A stretch of DNA of 64,000 bases from an uncultured Gemmatimonadales bacterium. Its GTDB lineage: Bacteria > Gemmatimonadota > Gemmatimonadetes > Longimicrobiales > RSA9. The stretch lies in contig CAWCRS010000003.1 in the NCBI GenBank assembly GCA_963798085.1, forward strand, positions 960,001 to 1,024,000, written 5' to 3'. This document shows, piece after piece, positions 1 through 8,691 of the stretch. Made by a program: the position numbers and the translations under genes. Within the stretch, counting starts at the first letter, position 1. Every line of letters begins with the position of its first letter. The notes below the pieces were generated by a model. It was given only the letters and a program-made list of their open reading frames with translations. It ran no database searches and was not told where the DNA came from.

Positions 1-160
1 GGTAGCGTCCGGCCCCCGGGAAATCGCTGTCGGTCCCGCCGCCTGGACGTGCGCGGCCGGGCCCGCCCAGTTTGGGTGGACCGAACCCGGACCCTGGCTG
101 TAGACGATTCGAAGCAGCGCCGGCAGGCGCACACGATTTCCGCAGCGTGGATCCTCCATC

Positions 161-2083
161 ATGAACACGACACTTCGCTTCGACCGCCGGCGCGTCTTCG
201 GGCGGCTGCTCACGGCCACGGTCTTCGCAATGCTGGTCTCGGGCGTTCCGGCGCGGGTCGCCGCGCAGTCGCTGTACATGCCGCGCGCGATCCGGCACAC
301 CTATGCGGCGGGCACGCGGTCGCTCAATGGCAATCCGGGCGCGAAGTACTGGCAGAACCGCGGGCGCTACGTGATCACGATCGCGACCATGCCGCCGGAC
401 CGGCGCGTGTCGGGCACGGAGCAGATCACGTACACGAACCAGAGTCCGGACACGCTCCCGGCGCTGGTGATCCGGCTGCTGCTCAACGGGCACAAGCCGG
501 GCGCGCCGCGCTTCGGCGGCGCATCGCCGGACTATCTCACGTCGGGTGTGCACATCCGCTCGTTCGCGGTGAACGGCAAGCCGCAGAAATGGGAGGATGA
601 ACCGGGCCTGTACACGTGGCAGCCGGTGCAGCTGCCCGCGAAGCTGGCGCCGCAGCAGTCGGTGCAGCTCGCGTTCGAGTGGTACTACGACGTGTCGCGC
701 GAGGCGGGGCGCGAGGGGATGATCGACTCGACGACGTACTACATCGCGTACTTCTATCCGCGCGTTGCCGTGTACGACGACTACAACGGCTGGGACACGA
801 TGGACCACGCCGGCCACGAGTTCTACAGCGACTTCAATGAGTACGACGTGACGGTGAACGTGCCGGCCAACTTCGTCGTATGGGGCACGGGCACGCTCAC
901 GAACGCGGAGCAACTGCTGCAGCCGGGTCCGCTCGAGCGTTACCGCGCGTCGTTCACGTCGGACAGCACGCTGCGCATCGCGACGGGTGCGCAGGTGCAG
1001 GCGGGTGAGGTCACGTCGTCGCATGCAATGAACAGCTGGCACTTCACGTCGAGCAATGTGCCCGATGTCGCGTTCGGTCTGAGCGATCACTACGACTGGG
1101 ATGGGGCGAGCGTGCTGGTGGATGACGCGGCGCACCGGCGGGCGAGCGTGCAGGCGGCGTACAACGACACGGCGGCCGACTTCCACCGCATGGTGCAGTT
1201 CGGGCGGCATTCGCTCGACTACCTGTCGCACGTCTGGCCGGGCGTGCCCTATCCGTACGAGAAGACCACGGAGTTCCAGGGCGGCGCGGGCATGGAGTAC
1301 CCGATGATGGCGAACGACGAGTCGTACGCGGAAGCGGCGTTCGCGCAGTTCGTCGCCGCGCACGAGATCGCGCACACGTACATGCCCTTCTACATGGGGA
1401 TCAACGAGACGCGCTACGCGTTCATGGATGAGGGCTGGGCCACTACGTTCGAGTACCTCATCAACAGTGTGGACATGGGCGTGGCGGATGCGACGTCACT
1501 CTTCCAGCGCTTCCGCGTGAACGGCTGGGCGCAGGACCCGTCACCGCTCGAAGACCTGCCCATCATCACGCCCGCCGACGCGCTCGCGGGCGGCTCCTAC
1601 GGGATCAACGCCTACGGCAAGCCCGCGTTAGGCTACCTGGCGGTGAAGGACCTGCTGGGCGACGATCTGTTCCGGAAGTGCCTGCACGCGTACATGGAGC
1701 GCTGGAACGGCAAACACCCCACGCCGTGGGATTTCTTCTACACGTTCGACAATGTCGCCGGTCGTCCGCTCGACTGGTTCTGGAGCAACTGGTTCTTCAG
1801 CAGCAATTACATCGATCTGGCCCTGAAGAGCGTGACCAAGGCTAACAGCGGATACACCGTCGTCGTCGACAACATTGGCGGCATGGCCTCGCCTTTTGAC
1901 CTGGTGCTGCAGCTCGAGGGCGGCACCACCATGCGGCAGCACCAGACGGCGGCGGTCTGGGAACGCGATGCGAAGCAGGCCACCGTGCGCGTGAACACGA
2001 GCAAGGCCGTGCAGTCCGTGGCCATCGATGGCGGGATCTGGGTGGACGCGGATTCGAGCAACAACACGTGGAAGCGGAACTGA
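161..2083 (+). CDS. M1-family (gluzincin) zinc aminopeptidase, secreted
   Basis: GAGMEYP exopeptidase-like motif, HEIAH zinc motif with downstream E (FMDEG), N-terminal signal peptide. Confidence 0.9.
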   Translation: MNTTLRFDRRRVFGRLLTATVFAMLVSGVPARVAAQSLYMPRAIRHTYAAGTRSLNGNPGAKYWQNRGRYVITIATMPPDRRVSGTEQITYTNQSPDTLPALVIRLLLNGHKPGAPRFGGASPDYLTSGVHIRSFAVNGKPQKWEDEPGLYTWQPVQLPAKLAPQQSVQLAFEWYYDVSREAGREGMIDSTTYYIAYFYPRVAVYDDYNGWDTMDHAGHEFYSDFNEYDVTVNVPANFVVWGTGTLTNAEQLLQPGPLERYRASFTSDSTLRIATGAQVQAGEVTSSHAMNSWHFTSSNVPDVAFGLSDHYDWDGASVLVDDAAHRRASVQAAYNDTAADFHRMVQFGRHSLDYLSHVWPGVPYPYEKTTEFQGGAGMEYPMMANDESYAEAAFAQFVAAHEIAHTYMPFYMGINETRYAFMDEGWATTFEYLINSVDMGVADATSLFQRFRVNGWAQDPSPLEDLPIITPADALAGGSYGINAYGKPALGYLAVKDLLGDDLFRKCLHAYMERWNGKHPTPWDFFYTFDNVAGRPLDWFWSNWFFSSNYIDLALKSVTKANSGYTVVVDNIGGMASPFDLVLQLEGGTTMRQHQTAAVWERDAKQATVRVNTSKAVQSVAIDGGIWVDADSSNNTWKRN

Positions 2084-2118
2084 AGCGACAAAGCTCATCC
2101 GGCCGGTTGCGCGCCGGG

Positions 2119-4653
2119 TCAGAAGACTTTCGCGGGCGTTAATACGACGGGCAGCGGTCGGCCGACCCGCCCGTCGTCGCCGTTCCCCCAGCAGAATGCT
2201 GCGCCGCTGTTCTGGAGCGCGCAGATCACGTTCTGGCCGGCAGCGATCTGCGCCGCGTTCGGCACACCGGTGACACGCGTGGGCGTTGTCGTCGTGGCCC
2301 GCGGGAAGGTCCCCGGGTTGGCGCCCCAGCACCAGAGCACGCTGCTACCGTCAATCGCGCAGCTGACGTCCGGTCCTGCTGCAATCCGCGTGGCATTGGT
2401 GATGCCGGCGACGGGTGTCGGCGGGTCGCCGCCCGTCTGGGCCACCTGCGTGTGCCCGAGTGCGCCGTTCAGACTCGAGCCCCAGCAGTAGACGTTGCCA
2501 CCGCTGATCGCGCATGTGTGATTTGCCCCGCCGGCCACTAACGCGACATTGGACAGGCCGGGCACCTGAGCTGGCACGAGCTGCGTTCCCGGCGTGGGTG
2601 CGACCGGAAAACCCAGCTGGCCTACCCGTCCGAACCCCCAGCAATAGACGTCGCCGGCGGTGCTGATTGCGCAGGTGTGACTCGCACCCGCGGCCACATC
2701 CCGGAACGGCACACTCGAAAGCGCCATCACCGGTACCGGGCTGTTCGTGGTCGAGTTGTCGCCGAGCGCGCCCAGGGCGTTGTAGCCCCAGCACCAGAGG
2801 TAGCCGGTTTGCGACTCCACGGCGCAGGCGTGGGCCTGACCCGTGGTCAGTGCCGAGTAACTGCGCCCGCCCCCGACCAGGCGAGGCGAGACAGAGGATG
2901 TCGTGGAGCCATCGCCCAGCCCGTACGGGTTGGTGCCCCAGCACCAGGCGCCGCCGGCGGCGTCGAGTCCGCAGGCAAAGCCCAACGCTCCGGATATGGC
3001 GTGCAGCGCCGGCCCCCCGATGGACGCCGGAGCGGCGGTCAGACTTGTCGAATCCGGTGACAGCGGACCCCAGCAGCTCACGGTACCCGATGATGCCACG
3101 CCGCACGAAGCGCCGCTGATCTCCCGCCACCCGGCGCCGGGCAGCTGCACGGGATCAGGCTCGTAGGCATCCAACCCTGTCCCCACCTGACCGAGAGCGC
3201 TCCGGCCCCAGCAGTAGAGGCCCACCTGCGCCAGCCAGCAGGAGTGCTGGCCACCCAGGGAGAGTTCGCCCACGCCACCGGCGAGCATCACCGGAGCCGG
3301 AGCCGCATGATCACTGCGACTGCCGTCGCCGAGCTGACCGTACGCGTTGGCACCCCAGCACAGGACTGCGCCACTCACTGTCACACCGCAGGTGTGCTGC
3401 GTACCGGTCTTGATATCCTCGAAGTGGAATCCGCCCTCAACGGGCCGCGGTGACATCGCACAGCTGTACGCGACGGTAGCAAAACTACAGCTGTCGAACG
3501 GGCCCGCAGCGCCGAGTTGCCCGTTGCTGTTGTTGCCCCAGCACCACGCGGCCTCATTCAGGTCGACAGCGCACGTGGTAGTCAGGTAGCTGTTCACCGT
3601 TGCCATGCCGAGTCTCTGGAACTTGTGACCGCCGGCGACCAGCGTGGGAACGGAGCGGTCCGTAGCCGTTCCGTCGCCGAGCTGACCCGTTATGTTCGAC
3701 CCCCAGCAGTACGCATCGCCGCCGGTCGAAAGCGCACAGGTGTTGAGGGCACCCGCATCCAGCGCGGCAAAGGAAACCCCTGGCGGCGCCAGAGCCTTGA
3801 CCGGAACCAGCGAGTTGCCTGTCGCGCCGCTGCCGAGTTCCGGGCCCAGGCCGCCCCAGCACCAGACCTCGCCCGCAGACGTCAATCCGCAGGTATGGAA
3901 TCCGCCCGCCGAGATATCCACGAATGTGAGACCTGCGGCAGCAGCGACGGGAACATGGCTGTCGACCTTCGCGCCGTTGCCCAGCTGGCCGTAGAAGTCG
4001 TAACCCCAGCACCATGCCTTGCCGGATGTCTCGAGAGCACAGGTGTGGATGAGGCCGGCGCTGATGATGGAGTACGGTCCTCCGGACACCGCCGTGGGAG
4101 TGGACAGAAAACCGCTCGCCGATCCACTGCCCACCTCGCCCTGATCGTTTCTGCCCCAGCAGTACGCGGTCCCGCTGCGCAGGACGCAGCTGTGCTGATC
4201 GCCCAGGCTGAGTGTGCCGGTCAACACCATGGCATCGACGGAGGCGGTCGTCGTCTCACCCTGCTTGAGCGTGACGGTAGTGCCGCCGCTCTCCACGACG
4301 CGCGCATTCTCCAGCAGGTCCACGCGCACATCGACGGTCTGCGTCTGTTCCTTCACATCCAGTTCCAGCCGGATGCGCAGCTCGCTCGATGTCGACGGGA
4401 AGGCGATGGTTGTGTCCGCGAGCATGCCGGTACTCGCACTGACGCGGACACGCACCTGGTCGGGTGCGGCGAGTCGGGCCGCAGCGGAGACGGAATAGCC
4501 CACGAGGAGTGATGCCCTGGCCTGCGCCGGTGCGTGCAGGATCGCGTCCGGGTGGCAGCCCGGCAGCGCGATGGCCAGCAGGAGCGTCGTCCACCAGAAG
4601 GGTGCACGACTGACTCCGTCTGACCGAGGTCCGCGCGACGTCGCCGGCGTCAT
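2119..4653 (-). CDS. RCC1/BLIP-II-like beta-propeller repeat lipoprotein
   Basis: Many repeats of HTC..G.A(Y/W)CWG.N..GQLG; ATG at 4653 precedes a hydrophobic segment ending LPGC (lipobox-like). Confidence 0.85.
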   Translation of the reverse strand: MTPATSRGPRSDGVSRAPFWWTTLLLAIALPGCHPDAILHAPAQARASLLVGYSVSAAARLAAPDQVRVRVSASTGMLADTTIAFPSTSSELRIRLELDVKEQTQTVDVRVDLLENARVVESGGTTVTLKQGETTTASVDAMVLTGTLSLGDQHSCVLRSGTAYCWGRNDQGEVGSGSASGFLSTPTAVSGGPYSIISAGLIHTCALETSGKAWCWGYDFYGQLGNGAKVDSHVPVAAAAGLTFVDISAGGFHTCGLTSAGEVWCWGGLGPELGSGATGNSLVPVKALAPPGVSFAALDAGALNTCALSTGGDAYCWGSNITGQLGDGTATDRSVPTLVAGGHKFQRLGMATVNSYLTTTCAVDLNEAAWCWGNNSNGQLGAAGPFDSCSFATVAYSCAMSPRPVEGGFHFEDIKTGTQHTCGVTVSGAVLCWGANAYGQLGDGSRSDHAAPAPVMLAGGVGELSLGGQHSCWLAQVGLYCWGRSALGQVGTGLDAYEPDPVQLPGAGWREISGASCGVASSGTVSCWGPLSPDSTSLTAAPASIGGPALHAISGALGFACGLDAAGGAWCWGTNPYGLGDGSTTSSVSPRLVGGGRSYSALTTGQAHACAVESQTGYLWCWGYNALGALGDNSTTNSPVPVMALSSVPFRDVAAGASHTCAISTAGDVYCWGFGRVGQLGFPVAPTPGTQLVPAQVPGLSNVALVAGGANHTCAISGGNVYCWGSSLNGALGHTQVAQTGGDPPTPVAGITNATRIAAGPDVSCAIDGSSVLWCWGANPGTFPRATTTTPTRVTGVPNAAQIAAGQNVICALQNSGAAFCWGNGDDGRVGRPLPVVLTPAKVF

Positions 4654-4894
4654 GATGCCCTCGAATGCTGCCGATTTCGGAATGTTGCCAGGCAGGCGGG
4701 GGGCGCCCGAGGCGGTGGCGAAAATAATAGCCCCGCCCCCGCCACGCGACGCATCCGGCCGCCGCGCGCCGCGACGGCACGCACGCCGTGCGCGGTCGGC
4801 CGATTGGGACAAAGTTTCCGCGCCACAACTCGCGTGGTATCATCAGCGTCGGCCACCCCGGGATAGACACCCCCACATTCAACAGGAGGACTTC

Positions 4895-5677
4895 ATGCGA
4901 GGTCGCATGGCTGGCGGTACGGTCGCACTGATGGCGGCCGTCGTGTGCGCGTGTTCACAGGAGGCTCCGGTCGTAGAAGCGAAGGGGGACTGTGCGGATG
5001 TGTTTCAGGGCCAGGTGTGCACGTGGGCGAAGACCAAAGGCAACGACGTGGTCGAAGTGGGCGCGACCATACCCCTCGCGAGCATAACGAATGCGCCAGG
5101 CGAGCCGGACATGTCCTGGCCGCCCAAGGCGATTGCTACGCTGACCGTGCCCGGGAGCGAGCAGAGCGGACTCCTGCACATGGACGTTTTCTGGGAAGCG
5201 GCAGGGCATCCGCCGGGCCCCTACCTCACCCCGCACTGGGACTTCCACTTCTACACGGTGCCCCAGGCCGACGTGACAGCAATCGATTGCTCGGACCTGT
5301 CGAAGCCGTCGGAGCTGCCCGCAGCGTATTCCCTGCCGGATGTGCCGCTACCGGACGAGATGGCGCAGATGGTGGGGACGAAGACGTTGATCGGGCTCTG
5401 CGTGCCGAATATGGGAATGCACGCATTGCTGTCATCGGAGCTGGCCAGCTCCGAGACGTTCCGTGGCACGATGGTCGTCGGCTACTACAAGGCGAAGCCC
5501 ATTTTCGTCGAGCCGATGATCACGAAGGCGATGCTGGAGGAGAAGAAGCCGTTCGATCTGACCATCCCGACGGTTCCCGGGATGACGGGCAAGCACCCGA
5601 CGATGTTCCACGCGGATTTCGACGACGCGACGCAGTCGTACCGCTTCGTGTTCTCGGGGTTCGCTGCGGCGGGCTGA
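4895..5677 (+). CDS. DUF5602/TTHB210-like His-rich lipoprotein
   Basis: AGGAGG RBS before ATG 4895; signal ending VCAC; GHPPGPYLTPHWDFHFY and PNMGMH motifs. Confidence 0.7.
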   Translation: MRGRMAGGTVALMAAVVCACSQEAPVVEAKGDCADVFQGQVCTWAKTKGNDVVEVGATIPLASITNAPGEPDMSWPPKAIATLTVPGSEQSGLLHMDVFWEAAGHPPGPYLTPHWDFHFYTVPQADVTAIDCSDLSKPSELPAAYSLPDVPLPDEMAQMVGTKTLIGLCVPNMGMHALLSSELASSETFRGTMVVGYYKAKPIFVEPMITKAMLEEKKPFDLTIPTVPGMTGKHPTMFHADFDDATQSYRFVFSGFAAAG

Positions 5678-6356
5678 GTTTGTCGTGGTACGCGCGCGTC
5701 ACGTCTGACTGAGCGCGTCGCACGGGCTCACGGCGAGCGCCTGCCGCACGGCGAGCCGCTGGCTGTGGAGCCCGGCGACGCGCGCGCAGTTGAGCGTCGC
5801 ATCGATCTGCGCCGCAACCTGCCGTACACGTATCCACCCGCGGCCGCGACAGTCGCGCCGCCTCGCACGTACGCGTGACGAGCGGCGCGGCGGGCCGTGG
5901 ACGCGAGTGCCTCTGCGCGGGCGTGCCTGCGCCGCGCGCCGCGCGCGTGTAACGCATTGTTAGCAGATTCGGCGAAAAAGCGCGGGCACAGGCGGGCTTT
6001 CCGGGTCCTGGCAGATGGCCGCTGCGCGCGCGTTGCAAAATGCATCGGCCGGTGTGGAGTTCACAGCGTGTTAGTGCTTGACAGACGGCGGTCATGAGAC
6101 AAGATTGAGGCCACTCTTCCCCGGATTCATACGTACATGGAAGCGCTCCCGTCTTTGTCCGAGGCGGGCGATCCCTGAAAAAATCGCGACGCGACGCGAA
6201 CACGACGCCCCGTGCGGGGCCCGTCGCGTGCCTGAGGTATTGCCGATGTGAGGCAGTGACCCGAGCGAGTTCCCCGGGTCCGCGCCGACGCGTGTTCCCG
6301 ATCTCCCCGGATCGGTTGCCACTCTCTCATTCCCAGGTTCCCCCAGGGAGGTCGCT

Positions 6357-7796
6357 ATGTCGTGTATCAGGGCAGGGACAGGTACACAGGCGCCGCAACA
6401 GCGTGTTCGCGGGCGCCGCCGACGAGCGTGGGTCGGCGTGGCGGTGCTCGGCGTCGTGCTGGTGCCGGGCTGCGCGGACCGGACGGATCCCATCGATCAG
6501 GCGAAGGCGGATGCGCCCGCGCCGGCGATGGATCTCACGCCGACGGCGAGGATGATCGGGGACGTGCTGCCGGGCACGGACATGACGGCGTTTGCCGAGG
6601 CAGCGGATGCGTTCGGTGACGCCGAAGGCATCGAGGATGGCCTGGGCCCCATCTTCAACGACCGGGCGTGCGGCGCGTGTCACAGCACACCGGTGATGGG
6701 CGGTTCGGGTGCGCAGATCGAGCGTCGCTTCGGCAGGCTGACGAACGGCGTGTTCTTCGGCTACGATCGCGCACCGGACAACCAGGGCGGCACCCTGCGG
6801 CAGCTGTTCACGAACGGCGCCTACCTGTACGGCTCGCAGGCGTGCAACATGCCGCTCGAGGTGGAGCCGGCGGACGCCAACGTAAACAACGTCGGTCGCC
6901 GCACTACGCCGCTGTTCGGGCTGGGTCTGGTGGATGCGCTTCCCGATCTGCTCTTCGACCTGATCGCGGCGGCGCAGCCGGCGTCGATCCGCGGCGCGGT
7001 GCAGCGCGTCAACGTGGTGCTGCCGGACCCGCGTGATCCTGCGCAGAGCATCGGCGCGAAGCGCGTCGCGCGTTTCGGCTGGAAGGGTCGCGTGCCCAGC
7101 CTGATGCAGTTCGCGGCGGATGCCTACGTCAACGAGATGGGCATCACGACGCAGAGCTGCTTCCACGGGCAGACCATCACGGCCTTCGCCAACGAGAACC
7201 AGCCCAACGGCGCACCGGATGATCCGGTGTGCAATGCGGGCGACCTGGCGCCAGTCCAGCCGGCGCACGCCGACGTGCCGACGTTCACGGACGACGCCGT
7301 GGGTCCGTGCACGGGCGGGCTGACCGAGGTGCAGGAAGATCTGGTGCTCTTCACGAAGTTCATGGAGTCGCTGGCGCCGCCGCCGCGTGACTTGAGCCAA
7401 CCCGGCGCGATCCTGCTGGGCGCGCCGCTGTTCGCGAAGATCGGCTGTGCCGGCTGCCACCTGCAGGCGGTCTACTTCACGCCGGCGCATCCGTTCAATG
7501 GCGTGCCGGGCAATTATCCGTTCCAGCCGTTCTCTGATTTCCTCGCGCACGACATGGGATCATTGGGCGATCACATTGGCGACACGGGAAACACCGAGGC
7601 GCAGACGCGGCTCATCCGCACGCAGCCGCTCTGGGGCGCGCGCTTCAACACGCAGTACCTGCACGACGGGCGCGCACCGGACCTGCGCAGCGCGATCCTG
7701 GCGCACGATGGCCAGGCGAGGCCAGCGCGTGTCGCGTTCGAGAAGCTCGGCCCGACAGCGCAGAACGTGCTGATCAAGTACATCCTCTCGCTCTGA
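6357..7796 (+). CDS. Di-heme oxidoreductase (DHOR family), lipoprotein
   Basis: Two CxxCH motifs (CGACH, CAGCH), GLGPIFN, RFGWKG, YLHDGRA; GGAGG RBS. Confidence 0.85.
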   Translation: MSCIRAGTGTQAPQQRVRGRRRRAWVGVAVLGVVLVPGCADRTDPIDQAKADAPAPAMDLTPTARMIGDVLPGTDMTAFAEAADAFGDAEGIEDGLGPIFNDRACGACHSTPVMGGSGAQIERRFGRLTNGVFFGYDRAPDNQGGTLRQLFTNGAYLYGSQACNMPLEVEPADANVNNVGRRTTPLFGLGLVDALPDLLFDLIAAAQPASIRGAVQRVNVVLPDPRDPAQSIGAKRVARFGWKGRVPSLMQFAADAYVNEMGITTQSCFHGQTITAFANENQPNGAPDDPVCNAGDLAPVQPAHADVPTFTDDAVGPCTGGLTEVQEDLVLFTKFMESLAPPPRDLSQPGAILLGAPLFAKIGCAGCHLQAVYFTPAHPFNGVPGNYPFQPFSDFLAHDMGSLGDHIGDTGNTEAQTRLIRTQPLWGARFNTQYLHDGRAPDLRSAILAHDGQARPARVAFEKLGPTAQNVLIKYILSL

Positions 7797-7797
7797 C

Positions 7798-8601
7798 GTG
7801 CAGAGTTCAGGCGACGATGCACGGCCGGGAACCGGCGAAGGTTCCGCGTTGAGCGGGGCCTCCGCCGGCGCCGCGCGGCGTGACGCATCTCCGACGTCAC
7901 GTCGCGCGCGCGGCCCGCGCGCGACGCGCTACCTGTGGCTCCTGGTACTGGGGCTCGGGCCGGTGCGCGCGCGCAGCCTGCCAGCGTCCACGCCGGGTCC
8001 GCTGGATCTGCCGGATGCCGGATACGCGAAGGGATCGAGCCACGCGCCGGTCGCCATCATCGAGTTCGTAGACTTCAGCTGTCCGGCGTGCGCGACCTTC
8101 GCGCTGCACACCATGCCGCAGATCGAGCGCGACTGGATCGCCACCGGCCGGGCCCGCCTGCGCGTGGTGCCGTTCGATGCGTTGCGTGCCGGCCGCGCGG
8201 CCGCGCGCGCCGCCGCCTGCGCGGCCGAGCAGGGAAAGTTCTGGCCCATGCACGACTCTCTCTTCGCGCGCAGCGGTGAATGGCGTCGTCGCGTAATGCA
8301 GTACCGGTTCTTCGATGGGTTCGCAGCGCAGATCGGGCTGGACCTGACACGCTACGAGTACTGCTGGAAGCACAACACCGGACTCGAGCAGTTCGAGCGC
8401 AACACGGCGCTGGCACGCGGTTATGGTGTGCCGGGAACGCCCGCGTTCTTCGTGAACGGCCGGCCGCTCGTGGGCGCGCTGCCGTACAGCGAGTTTGGGC
8501 CCATGCTCGAGGCGGCCGAGGCGGGCGTCGCCTCAGGCCGCAGTCCCGCGTTGTCTCCCACGCAAGGGGCGGCAGGTAGTCGGCTTCGATCCGTTCGGTG
8601 A
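7798..8601 (+). CDS. DsbA/thioredoxin-4 family protein (start uncertain, possibly TTG 7849)
   Basis: IIEFVDFSCPAC active site, GKFWPMHDSLF, GVPGTPAFFVNG cis-Pro loop. Confidence 0.85.
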   Translation: MQSSGDDARPGTGEGSALSGASAGAARRDASPTSRRARGPRATRYLWLLVLGLGPVRARSLPASTPGPLDLPDAGYAKGSSHAPVAIIEFVDFSCPACATFALHTMPQIERDWIATGRARLRVVPFDALRAGRAAARAAACAAEQGKFWPMHDSLFARSGEWRRRVMQYRFFDGFAAQIGLDLTRYEYCWKHNTGLEQFERNTALARGYGVPGTPAFFVNGRPLVGALPYSEFGPMLEAAEAGVASGRSPALSPTQGAAGSRLRSVR

Positions 8602-8691
8602 CCCGGTCCCGTTGTGGCGCGGCCTCGCTCGAGGAGGTGACCGTACCCAGCCCGACCGGCGTGACCGGCGGCTGCACCGGGCGAGGCCGGA

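Noticed and set aside
5700..6356. Riboswitch in the long leader of the di-heme oxidoreductase
   Set aside because: Only generic GC hairpins and a weak TTGACA-17-AAGATT promoter; no recognisable riboswitch consensus
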